A DNA stretch of 64,000 nucleotides from Epiperipatus broadwayi (taxonomy: Eukaryota; Animalia; Onychophora). The notes beneath the pieces were generated by a model, which saw only the letters and a list, made by a program, of their open reading frames with translations, was not told the DNA's origin and ran no database searches. Below are positions 50,851 through 64,000 of the stretch, piece by piece. Positions within the stretch are counted from its first letter, which is position 1. Every line of letters begins with the position of its first letter. The DNA is taken from contig JAQFVV010000008.1 of assembly GCA_028023455.1 (NCBI GenBank), positions 6,944,001 through 7,008,000 on the forward strand. Direction: 5' to 3'. The position numbers and the translations under genes were made by a program.

Positions 50851-52219
50851 TAAATTTCCCCCCCCTCCATTGAGAAATAAAATACAATTGATTCAGCATT
50901 AGATATCGATCAATTTTATATTTACTCTAAAGTTTAATTCTAAACTTACAATAATGTCACACTTAGCTGAACTTCTTCAAAAAGCAGAGTTATAAGCTGA
51001 TATTCATTTTAAAAAAAATTATAATTGATATATGTAATATTTTCAAAAATTCTGTCATATTTGGTATATATTCTTTTTGTGTGTATATAAAAATTAAGTT
51101 ACTCATTGGATTTAATCATCCAATCACAATGCTGAGATAGACAAAAAAATCCATCTCAGCAATGAGTATAACATGCAACATGAACACCATTATCTCATTT
51201 AAGCACAATATGCAATTTACTACCTCACATATGAATTAATAATAATCTGTACAAATAAAGCCTTGCTCTATTCTGAGATTTAGAGAAAGTCGTTCATGAC
51301 ACAGAGCAATGTTAGGTTGTTCATAAATATAAAACCACAATTATGCCTTACTCATTTCGAAGCTTAGAAGCTAATAAATAATATATCAAAGTTAATTAAG
51401 CTTAACTCACTTTTTAGATTTACCACCTGCTAAATATAAATACAATATAGGTGGCACAGTGCTGAGACAAAAAATTATATGGAGTATCATGAAAACATCA
51501 CCATCGTCAAAACAATGATAAACTCTCCATCCATAACCAATACTGAAAGCAAAATAATCAAACTACAATAAACTCACCATAAATTTATTACATTTAGTTT
51601 ATTTGCTTTTAACAGTCATTTTCAGTGTTTATCTCTACCTTATTTTATAATTTATTTCGTTTTCCCAAAAATTTGTCCTTTTAACAGATAACAGAGTCAT
51701 CAACTTAGAAGACCATCTTTATCTATATAAGTGTTAAACTTTATCCCTTTTTAAATATTTTTTTATTAATATATACACCCTCCTTTGGAATGACCTGTAA
51801 TATTTTTAAAAAAAAGGTTGGGGTGTATACAGACTTTTACACTATCTGCCACACAGGGCACCACTAGGATATTTGAATCTAGAAAATTTATAATGTAGAC
51901 AAATACTCCTTGAGAAAGATCCAACTTTTATAAACCATTAGTCCTAGACACTAGCTCAAGGAGTAGCTGAGATTTAAAATCTAAATTCCTAAACATATTT
52001 CAATATTAAAATAAAATAAGCCACTGCCAGAAATAATCACAAAAATTCCACATATATATAATCTTGAGGAATAAATTAATATTGCCTTAATTTATTATTA
52101 TTATTATTATTATTATTTTAAACTTAGGTTTTGATATTTTAATAAATTTGCACATATGGATATTTTATACAATTTAATATTTGATAAACATAAATACACT
52201 GCATAGATTATGCATTTAT

Positions 52220-52690
52220 ATACTCAATCCTTTTTAATTCCAGGCTACAAGTTTGCATCCAAACCAATGCCAGCTTATTGATATATCGATATGATCAATG
52301 CAAAATGAGGATGTTAGCATACAAAAAAACATGCTGACAGGAATGTGCATTTGCAGCATGATATCATTAAAAAAAGGAATGACCTTCATCCAGTACAGGA
52401 ATGCGCATCTGTCTGATGATGTAATCATTTGGAAAATATATATGTTAAGGATGCTCTAAAATGGGGGGATTGCGTTTTTGGCTGTCTTACTATCATCACC
52501 CAGAGTAAAAGGGGATCAATAGCACAAAAAATATGTCTGCATCCATTGGCAGCATGATGGCTATCTTTTGGCCATGTGTTCAATTGGGTATAGTGCCCTG
52601 ATGCTAACATGATACAAGGAAATGAGAATCCAATGTACCTCCCCACATCACATTGATATAAAACACCCATACATCCCTCTACCAGCACCG
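52220..52690 (-). pseudogene. Highly decayed Tc1/mariner-like transposase fragment
   Basis: Faint motif order: GCM(V)-like, then YIIRQMRIPV...GHSFF**YHAANAH (F-DDNA-H-like), then ILH*SY..NKLALVW (WP-SPDLNPIE-VW-like). Confidence 0.35.
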
Positions 52691-54479
52691 ATTCAATTAT
52701 AAGACAAATAGTCTGAAATTAACCTACTTAAACTAACTTAATCCTATGAATCTATGCAGTCATTTATGCTTAACTTTAAATTCTATAACTTAGTTAACAA
52801 ACAAAAAATAAAAAAAATTGAAATGATTAAAGCAAACATTATACATTAAAAAAAAATATTAATGGATTTAGAATTCTTTTGATAGCCAGATAAGAGTTCA
52901 TTTAGAAGTTACTATTAGGTTACTAATTGAAAGTTAGTTTAAAATATCTACAAGTTCACGTTGAATATCAGTTCATACTTCCCATGATAAGGCTTTATGA
53001 ATCCCATGAATTTCTGCAGATTTATGGAAGTCCATCTTAGTGATCACATTTTATAGTTGTCCTTGGAAACGAAGCTGCTACTTTCCATTCATTCTGTTCA
53101 GAACTGTCATCAGGAGGCCATCTCACCTGATGCAAATACCAGGAAACTAAATCTCATCAGACTCCTACATCATGAAGTCTGCATTATAGCTAGCTATAAT
53201 ATGTGGATTAATAGTCAGATTAATTACTAAATTCCATTATTTTGTCCTTTATAATTTCTGGCCTCCCTTATCACAAATTCTATGGATTGATTGAACATAG
53301 TTCACTGATGTTATTACTCCTGATGTTTTCCTTTCTGGTCCATGCATTTGTATTGGTCAATCTGCTTCAGAGCAAGAAACATAATCTTTAATTTTTTTAT
53401 CTCTTATCTGACCTTACAATCATTTAAGTACCCTAAGGGCTAGTTTGCTCTAGATACAATTATATTTCAATCATCTCCATCACTAAGATTTAAATATGAT
53501 TTTTAAATAGAAATTAATCAACATTTTTCTATTTTCTTTTATATTAATGAATCTATAAATCTTTACTTTTTTTTTTTACATTTCTTACTTTTAAATACTT
53601 TTTTTAAAAGTTTTCCATCTGTGTGATAATATATATGTTAAATAAATATTCTAATTTTCCGTTTATGTTTTTTTTAAAAAGATCATTTTTACTTATGATT
53701 ATTTCCTATTTATTTTAATTTTAAAATAATGTAACAGGATATGTATACCATTACATATTGACCTTATGATCACTCTGAATCATTTCCAGAAGTGGGTCTT
53801 CTGTTTTCTGGCTCTAGCTTTTTTTTGTTTTTGTCTTTACACAATCAGTGTTTGAATTCAATAATTTCTCAGACAATCTGTCTAGAATAATTGGTTTCCT
53901 TAAATCTAAATTGCTCTTCTCTCATTCCCTAAATTTTATTTTTCCTGGTACCTTTTCTTTTGTATGCCTTACCAAGCAAAACACTTGTATATTCAATTCT
54001 CTCAACCTGACTTTTTTTATCACTTATTTCTTTAACATTTGATCAGCATAATTCACTTTTTAAATTAGTCATTTCTTCATTTTTTTATGATAAGCTTTAT
54101 TTGTCTTAAAGGGTTACAGGAGTTTAAATAGCATGGATTGCTGAGTTTACATGCACAATCCATAGTTGTAGGTTTACATATATAAAAGTTGATTTATTAT
54201 TTTACACCGGATTACAGGAATTTTTACATACTGTAGATTAGTTACATGTTTTTATATAGTTTGGGTTGCTTTGGTTACATGAGTAATCTGTAGTTGTAGA
54301 TTTACTTATGTAAAAGTGGTTTTTTTTTTGTTTTAATTAAATTTTGTTTATTTTAAATTCAAAGTAACAATATATTTCTTTCTTTACTATAGGAAAAGTC
54401 TCATTTCTTATTTAGCAATAGGTACCTTCTATTTGTTTGTTTTTTTAATTTAAAATAATAATACTAATCATTTCTATGA

Positions 54480-56600
54480 TAGGAGATATGTATTCAGGTA
54501 TGAAAGGGATCCGCCTTAGGGAGGCAAATCAATTAGCATCCATGTGGCATCATAGATGTAGGAGGGGACCAAATTCTGATCCCTTTTCCAAATTTTTTCC
54601 ATTTTGTCAATGTATAAATCAAAAGGGCACTCCAGTGCATGATTAAAGGTGAGTCAGCACTGGGTGTACCATAACAAAAACAATAAGAATGTTGAGGAGT
54701 GTATCTCTGGATGGATCCACACAGTATATTTGTCAATAAGAGTAGATAAGGAAGGCTTTTTGTCATTTAGTATGGAGGCTGTAAGGTCTCTGTAGGGTTA
54801 TAAGGGAAACACAGTAGCAGAGGAAGTGAAGAGAAGTTTCCTCTTCTCTGAGGCATAGGGTGCAAGTGAAATCTGTTTGAGAATCCTTGGCAATGTACAA
54901 GAAAATGTTTAGTAGCAATGCATTGAGGTTTATCTTCAACAGGAAGTCAAAGAATTTGAGTTCAGGGAACCATCACTTAAATTTCTTGATTAGCAGATGG
55001 TTGTTAAGCTGGAGGAGAGTTGATCCTGTAGAAACATCAGGATTAAGGATGTAGTATGCTTCCCAGAAATTGATTTTCATTGAGGATGGCTTGTTGGAGA
55101 TAAGAGATGTGAGGGTTGCCAGCCAACCAGTGTTAATAGGGGGAGGCTTATCTGTGGGAGTGATCTCTTTAATTGGCAAGGAATTGGGATACTGCAGGCA
55201 CATTCTGTAGACAGAGTTGTAGGAATGTTGAAATATAAATGTATCTATGGAATGTAGGGATAACCCATTGAGCTTTGTGTGTTTCTGCAGGCTTCTCAAG
55301 CTGATGTTTGCACTTCTGTCCCCTCTAATCAGATCAGTGCACATCTTGTGTATCTTCCTGATGAAGACTGGTGAAATTGACCACTGGGGTGAAATAGGAT
55401 ATTCTGGGGAATATTAGCATATTGATAAGGGAGGACTTGGCAAACATGGACAATCTTCTGTGTAGATTAAAGTAGCTTATTTTGGACAGATCTCCTCATG
55501 GCAAAGGCAGATTCAAATATAGGGAAGCCTAAGAAGTTCTGATGCTTTGTGCAAATTGGCCAGGAATTATCTTACCAGAATATAAATACCAGGCAGACAA
55601 CTTGGCCATATTAAATTGGAGGTCAGTTTGATCCGAGAATTCTCTAAGCACTAAAAGAAGCCTGGGGTGTTTTTTTGAAGGAAGAAAAATGGCCAAGTCA
55701 TCCATATAGGTGATGTGATGAAATCATCTGTGCATTTAGTCACATGATCAGCTATAACACAGATGTCACCATCCGTGGTTCTATGTCAGTGTCATATTTA
55801 TTTATAATATCAATGTCATAATCATCCTTAACTAATGCATTCTGACATTGATCATTAATTTTATTTGTTTCATCTAAACTAGCTAGTTTCTACTAGTTCT
55901 GACTCTGGAATTGCATCAATTTAGCTTTCTTTTTTATAATCGAATTCTATTTTTACTAGTCTCTCTATTATGGCTTTCACTTTTTATTTAAATCTTTTTA
56001 ATTGCTTAAATTAAGTAATTGATTTCTTTCTTTGCTTAGTCAGGCAGTTGATTTCTTTCTGTGCTTGCATCAGCCCTCACCTTCTCTCTATTTCTGTTAC
56101 TTTTACTATCTCCTGCAATAGCTCAATCTTCCTATTCTACTCATTTTTATTCAGTTGGACTTCAAGATCTATTTCACTAACTTTCTAGCTCTCCTAAGTG
56201 ACCTTCTAACCTGTTTATTATTTCTTCACTCAATTGCTTTATTTGTTTTTTTTATTTTCTCTCACTTGATTTCCAATTTGGCTTTTAGATATCTAGTTTT
56301 GGATTTTACAATCTTCTTTTTTTTTTTTCAAGATTTTAATTTTGTGTTTCGATCTGACCTTTCAGTTCTTCAATTTTTTTTTCCATTTGGCTTTTCATTT
56401 TACCATTTACTTAAACATATTGTCTATATTTTCTTCATTTTCTTTGGACATCATCTCTATACTTTATTTTCTTTTAACATACTCATGATCATGTTCATTA
56501 AATCACTATTAGAAATCTGATTTTCATTTTCTTGAGCAGCAATTTTTGCCTTGGCTTTCATAATCATGTATTATTATTATACATAAAAAAATTATAATCA
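54480..56600 (-). mobile_element. Decayed L1/Tx1-like LINE pieces (coiled-coil ORF1-like region, RT, C-terminal Cys/His region)
   Basis: HITYMDDL at ~55700; ...SYCFCYG...MHW C-terminal region 54533-54766; K/E-rich DLMNMIMSMLKE region upstream. Confidence 0.5.
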
Positions 56601-57938
56601 AGTTATTTCTTTCTTTTACTTATATGAATTGGGTGCTTTTTTCTTCTCTTTCCACTTTGTAACCTTTCTCTTTTAGTAACTTATATTTATTTATTTTTTT
56701 ATTGCCTTACTATTACCTGGTTATTTATTTACCTAATTATTACTTTTATTTATCATATCCATATCACTGTCTACTGGTTCTTACAGATTTATTTATTGAT
56801 TTTCCAAATATATATATATATTCTCCCATTTCAAATTAGATCAAATATTATTTATTGGTTATCTCTTACCTTTCATTACCTATTTTTTTCAATAAACAAT
56901 CATAATTTACAAACTCCAAAATAATATGATCTATATAAAAAAATTTGAATAATATTAATATTTTGAAATTGAATTGAGTTCAATTTCTATTTGTGTTGGA
57001 TTGAGATTATCTTAGACTTGCCCCCAAATGTAATGAAATTACCAAGAATAAAAATGCTCAATCACTTGTTTATTATTAAGAATATTATTCTAGAGGAATG
57101 ATTATCTGTTCATCAATGACTAGTGGGCAACCTTGTACAAACAAAGTGGAGCGACTATAACTACAAATTTTGTTATACTTGATTATAGCCATGAATAATG
57201 ACCAGACTGAAAGTTTACATCAAGTACAAATCTTCATGCTAATCCATTCATAATTCCTGATCATCATCCACCCCACATATATATTATTATTTTAAATATT
57301 TAAATAAAATACTTATATGTCAAATGTGAAATTTATAAGAAACAATATCTTTAAATAATAACAATTAATTTATTGACAACAATAACAATAAAATATAAAT
57401 TTAACATTTTTATATTTCCATAATCAATAAATTAAATATATAATGCAAAAGAAAAAGTATTTAATATGAAACTGAGACATCATTCATAAAACAAATTTTT
57501 ATATTTAAAATGAATGTTTTAAAATTATTTTATATTACGTGACTTTACCTTTATAATAATAATAAAATTATCAACACATTTTTTTAATGCAAGAGAAAAA
57601 TGAGTCTTTTGCAAATATTTATTATAAAATCATTTAAAATAATCTTACCAAATTTTTCATTAGTTTTATTTTCTGTTGAGCTCAACATATATATATATCT
57701 TCTGCATTTAAGATATCAAGTGTTCACTTAATATTCAGATCTCTGGCTATTATTTACATAATATCATGGTTTCATGTACAAATGTATAAATTATAAAACT
57801 TGAAGATTTTCCAAACCATAATAAGAAACCAAACAAATGCTTTAAATGTGTATTAAGATCTCCAGTCATTATTTATATATTTTAATGGCTTCATATATTC
57901 ATAAGCAAAGTTAGCAAATTATTCTGTCATGATTTTCA

Positions 57939-59485
57939 GTACTGATTTACTCAGCTATCTACATTCCACTTTCACTTTAATTTACTCTTTAAACACTGCT
58001 TTGACATCATGAAAGAATACTAGAATGACTAATTGATCATCTGAAGATTCTTTGGGTTTGGAAATAGGATTCATCATAATATATAAATTCAAAGTAGAAT
58101 CTAAAATCTCCTTACTTTTTATTAGCAGATTTTTTTTTGCAAACTTGTAGTATTATTTATCTTTTCAATTTCTTCTTTTGTTTTGTGAAAATGGGAGAGA
58201 GAAGGAAAAAGATGGTCATTTTGATCTATAATTGACAGATTTGTTTTCAAATTTTACTTATTATTTGTCTTTAAAAAATTTCTAATCTTCTTTCTTATTG
58301 GCTTTTTAAAAAGTGAGGAGAGGAATGGAGGGAGGGGAGATGGTTATTTGTGTTGTCAGCTTTGATAAAGACAATAATTGTCAGCTACATTCAATACATA
58401 GTAGAAATTAAATCAAACCATCCAAATAAAAATGAGTTGGCTGGCTTTGAAACAATAAATTAATCAAAAAAATATTAAAAGCAAAACTTATTTGTTTGAA
58501 TTGCCACCACCTGCCTGATCTTGACTTCACAAAAATCCAAAAAATAAAAGGCATCATTGCCACTTCCATTTTGAATTGAGTATTTATTAGTAGCATGCAT
58601 AGACAATGTAAAATTCCTCTAAACTATCCCTTAATTTTCTTTTCTCCATTATAGATGACACAAAGTTGTTTCTAAATGAAGAACATAAGGCTTTTTGAAA
58701 AAAATGAAAAACTAAAAATAATACAACAATTTAAATCAATACTCCCAAGTCAAATATTTCCAATTCTCAAAAAAAAAAAAAAAAGCATTTTAAACAATGT
58801 GATCCATGAAGAACATAAAATTTATTTTTAAATTAATTTCTAACAAGTTTTTATGTTTTAGTTTTTTTACCTCTTTACAAATCTAGATTTTAGATACATA
58901 TAGAATTTATAAATTAAATCATATCAGTATTATTATGATAAATTGTGCCTATAACATATTTTTCCACTCCTCTTCTCTCACTTTTGAAAAAGCAAAGAAG
59001 AAACAAATTTTAAAATTTCTAGAGACAAAAGAAGGATCAAAATTCCAAACAAACTGGTTTATCAGTTGCAAATAACAAAAGGTTGTTTGAAATTTATCTA
59101 CATCAAATAATTTTGTCTGTCAATATTAGGTAAGTAGTATTATGAGAAATCAACCATGAAAACTTACCATATTGTTTGCTTCATCTCTCACCCACTTCTC
59201 CACCCTCTCTCACCTTTTCTCAAAACCCAATAAGAAATTGAAAAGGCAAATAAAAGTTTGCAAAAAAATAAAAGACCTGTCAATGAAAACAAATACTGAG
59301 GTTTTAGATTAAAGATTGAATTTATAAATTAAGTTGTAATATTACTATGATAAATCACTTTTTTTCCAAAGAAATCTTCAATTAATCAATTTGTCATCCC
59401 AGTATTCTTCCATGATGTCAAATCATTGTTTAAAGAGTAAATTAAAGAAAAAAAATCAAATGTAGATCACTGACTAAATTGGTAC
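57939..59485. mobile_element. Old ~1.55-kb foldback element with ~260-bp imperfect TIRs
   Basis: CTTTAATTTACTCTTTAAACA..TTTGACATCATG.AAGAATACT...TTTTTTGCAAACTT...CTTTTCAATTTCTT at 57975-58170 is mirrored at 59230-59450; it splits the second copy of the 49.1-kb duplicate. Confidence 0.7.
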
Positions 59486-62400
59486 CCAACTTCCTTTAAT
59501 TGTGTTTAATAAAGGTTCAATATATATGCAGTTTCTTCTTCCTTATTATATCCCTTTTATAATTCAATGTTTATATCTTCTTTGACTTCTTTATTTTATA
59601 CAATTTTTGGGTTTTTATTGCAGCATCACAAATTAATCTGATAATAGTAGAGATAATTAAGTATTTATTTCTCATATTCAGTCTCCATAAAGACTATATT
59701 TTTCAGAAAGATGGAATAATCACTCTAACTGGATTTCTATCCTATTGTGGTAAATAAATCAAAATAGTGTGTGATTATAAATTATTTCTACAGTTGATTT
59801 TTGAGCCATTCAAAAGTGAGACAAAACAATCAGCTATGGTTGATAGGAACACTTCTTTTCCTTGTTGTCTAATAATAATTTTAAATTCCCATAGCAACAA
59901 CAGAATACTTTCCCATTGTTTGAAAATTAACCTGGTTCACTTTATTATTAGTTCTTTTCATTAACATTTAATATTATTGCAAACAATTATTTTTATTTTC
60001 AAATCAAATTTTAAAAGTTAAAGAAACAAAACTTTTTATTTTTACAAATTTCTTTTTTTTTTTAACACATGATTTTCTTTTTTATAAAATGAAAAATTAA
60101 ATCTAAAAAGTTTTTAAATGCATAATAATTCCTTTTTATTTATTTGCAGAAATAATATATATGACCTATGACAGAGATGTTATAATATATTAAGAGATCA
60201 TTCTCTAAGGCTAATATTTAAAATGTAATTTGAGATATATTAAATACCTGTAAATGTAAAACTATTAATCCAGTATCCAAATGATAGATAAAGTGTATAA
60301 ACCATATCATAAATACACACACACACAAAAGTACTAAAATATATGCAATAAATTTATAATCTAAAAATTCATCCATAATCTTAATACAATTCCTATCAAT
60401 TTTTTTTTTTTTTTAAGTTTGTGAATAATGTACTTATTAATAAAGGACTATTCTGATTCAGTATTCAGTTACAGTTTTAAATTAGGAGCAGGTTTGTAAA
60501 TTTTCCGGGTTTTTTTTTTGTCAGATCTCTGATAAAAGATTTTCAAGTTGTTTATTGGTGGATTTTTCAAATTTTCATTAATAAAATTTATAAGCCCACT
60601 TTTTTAATGCAATCATTGTAATATTACAATACTATTGAGAGTTAGGCATTCCATGGTCCAGTGAAGCAACAATTATTTCAGAAATATTTTGTATAAAGCT
60701 AGCCTAGCTCTCAGTCAAAAAAAAAACCCTTAGAGCTGACTAAACTGCCATTAGACTTCGAACTTCCAAAATTTTTTTATATATGTTTACTAAGAAATGG
60801 CTCTTGGTAATGTAGTTAGAGACTACACATCAACTAACTTTCATTTTTTTTAGCCAAATCTGTTTCTACTATTACTGTTTTGTTTTTCTTGAAAGCATCA
60901 TTAATTTCTAATATACTTTTGTAAAATCCTTTATATTAGTCATAAAGCTTAATCCATTCTTTTTAATTTGTTTTCTTTATTCTTTACATTGCACTAGATA
61001 CATTTTACACATTGTTTTATCCCCATAAATATTTTTTTTAATAAAATTTTTCGTTTCTCCCAAATTATTAGATTATTTTACATTTTAGACATTTGTTTAG
61101 GAAATATTATTATTTTAAATTCATCTAATTAATTTATCTGACATATATTGTTTCAATTTTTTTTTTTATTTACTTAAGAAAATTTATAAACTTTTTTTTC
61201 TATATGTAAGTAAGCAGTAAATATACACAATAGTACACACATACTGAAATAATGTATACTTATTGGTTAATAAATAGAAATAATGTGTAATGCTAGATGA
61301 AATCTATGTAAAAATTTTAAATGTCCCTTAGTTAAATTCTTTCTGCCACTCTTTCCTTTTAAACAAAGAAAAAATTGAATTTTATAGTCCATTCCATTTA
61401 TAATATAAAATTACTTGCTTCTTAAACTGTCCTTATTCTCTCCCCTGCATTGCCACTGTTGAGAGTAAATATATTATGCTGTAATACCCCCTTTTCCCTC
61501 TAACTTTTATAAAATGATCAATGTTCATTTCAATATATATATATCATGTATATATATATATATGGTTATAATGAAAATATATATATCTGTATTAATTTTA
61601 AATAATAATGAAAACTATATTTTTAAAAAAATATATCACTTTTAGCTTTTCAAAGTGATTATAAATATCTGATAATATTTTCATTTGCAATATATTACAA
61701 AAAAAGATTGCAAATTTAGAAAACAATATCTAAATGTCTCTATATAATGCTCTATTAACTTTCATAATATATACATTTTGTATATCTTATACTGAAAAGA
61801 ATATGAAAACAATACTGAAAGATTTTTTTGTATTAAATAATAAACATTTGGTATTATTTATTTATATGAAAAGAAAAAAAACATAATTGATTATATTTAC
61901 TTAATTTTTACAAAAATATCTAAATAAAATGCAAATGTATTTATAATTATACTATCATTTAACTTGAATAAGCATATACTTAACTTTCATAAGCTTCTGC
62001 TCTTCTCTTTTTAATGCAGTTCTGTTTGAAAATTATGGGATGAGCTTAGAATATTAAATAAGAACTTCAAAACTCAGATATGTAGAGTTACTTTAGTTGA
62101 TTAATTTCATAATAATTAATGATTTCATATTGCTCTTTGAATATAACATAGAGTAGAGTCATATTGGATTAAAGACAAATCCAAGAAAGTTATCTGGGAA
62201 AGTATCCCTCATAGGGTAACTATTATAATTAATATTGTAACTGGTTGGATTACATGGCATGCAGCAACATAGTTGTGTGTGTGCACATATATATGTAAAG
62301 TAAAAGAAAAATAGAAATAAAGCACAGACATAAATTTTTGTTGATATTTTTCTATATTTCCTGGAATAAAAATAATAAATAAAGGGTTAAATAATTCTGG

Positions 62401-64000
62401 ATTTAAAACAGAATTTTATTATGAAATAAATATTTTTAAAAAGGTCTAAATAAATTATTCTTATTTTGAATTTAAAAACATGCATGATTTATTTTTTAAA
62501 TAATGCTTGTATACATTTCTTTATCTATTTTTAAAAATCTTTGATTAGATTTCCAAATGTAGCTTTTAATTAAAAGTACTTTTTGGATGGATTAAAATTG
62601 TTTTTAATCAAGACAGAAAAAAAATTGTTTTCAGTTACTATGTTTTTATCACCTCAAGAGTAAAAAGGATTAGACAGTTTGAAAACAGTCTGCAATGTGT
62701 TTTTATCACCTCAGAAATCCAAGACTATAAAAGGTTTGGAAAAAAATATTTTAGTCTGGTTTATATTTTTGAGAAGCAGCTGGATAATGGCTAGCTGCAA
62801 AGCTAGCTAAAATATTTTGTGAAGTAGTTAGCTGCAGTAGTTGGTAGCTGTAGCAGAATATCTAGCTGCACAACTGGTTTCCAGAGTTATAGAGCTATCA
62901 TGAGGATGTAAGAATGCAAGGAAACAGCTGTTCTACAGTTCAGTGGTAGAGTTTGAATTGATATGAAAGAAAATGACCCACTTCTTTGTGTTGATATTCA
63001 TAGCTACAAATGTGCTCCGAGAAAATAGGTTTCTGGCCTAGAGCTTACCAAATCTTAGTATAAGTGGAATCAACTACAGAACAAGCCTTACCTGGACCAA
63101 AAACTAAGCTTACCAAGAGAACTCCATCAGTTTCTGAAGAAGTAATTATACATATACTGATATATCTATATGCAGAGAAGCACAGATAAACATATATATA
63201 GCTGGTGAGTTAGTTTAAAATCCTTAAAATTACTTTTAAAATTATAACTTAATAACTTACAGTAAAACAAATGAATAATTTGCTTGAGTCAAACATCTAA
63301 AAGAAAGACAATTTGATATATATATTTTTAAAGAAATTGTTTTGGTAATTCCTTATTTAAAAAATGACATTAATATATATATATCTTAAAATGCAAGAAT
63401 AATTTTGTTTGAATTAAAAATAAAAAATAGACCATTCTAAAAGCATTGATAATTAATTAATCACAATCAAAAAGTGACCCATCATAAAAATGACTATTTT
63501 ATTTTAAAAAGAAAACTATAATTAGTAAGAGTTACCTGGTAAAAAAGGAACTTTTGTCAAAAATTGACTATATTTTTAAAAAAAAAAAACAGAGAAAGAG
63601 AAAGCTGTAATAAAGTTTAATAGCTTATTCAAATTATATTTTATATATTACACATGCATATGTGAATTTTATATAATCTTAATATTGATCAAGGAATTAA
63701 TAATGGAACATTTTGAATAACTTTATTTTGTCAGGTTGAAATATGTAAACATCAATGTGCACATATACATGCACAACATATATGTTAAATCAAGAAATAA
63801 AATTACTATTATAAAATTAATAATTTTACTTTGACACAAATGAAATATATGATGTAGACTTGTGTGTGTGTGTGTGCAATTCAATAAGCACACACATGTA
63901 TGTTAAATATGTTATTGAAATATGATAGAAAATGAAATTAATTTATATAACTAATCAATTGTTGTACCTCATTTACATGCGCAAATTATATATGTGTTGT

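Noticed and set aside
60200-64000. Terminal 3.8 kb, including an AGCT-rich stretch at ~62770-62900
   Set aside because: AT-rich low-complexity DNA with no ORF, TIR pair or RNA motif I could support.

Overview
A very AT-rich, CpG-depleted eukaryotic (invertebrate-like) window made almost entirely of transposable elements. No host gene could be assigned with confidence, and there is no rRNA, true tRNA or CRISPR array. Contents: (1) the 3' half of a young Ty3/Gypsy element with an uninterrupted PR-RT-RNaseH-IN frame and 3' LTR (1-3601); (2) a very young non-autonomous LTR element with two ~2.1 kb near-identical LTRs around a 537-bp non-coding core (5005-9791); (3) decayed Gypsy, hAT, RTE and L1/Tx1-like LINE, Tc1-like, MITE and SINE copies; (4) two Penelope-like (RT + GIY-YIG) fragments. 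The most interesting signal is a dense set of short non-coding tandem and inverted repeats between ~25 and 43 kb carrying minimal type I hammerhead ribozyme motifs, with monomers of ~340, 360, 447 and ~492 bp. They show Penelope-style 5'-inverted insertion structures, i.e. several retrozyme-like families beside their probable mobilising elements. All calls were made by eye from the sequence and ORF track. Boundaries of old elements are approximate.
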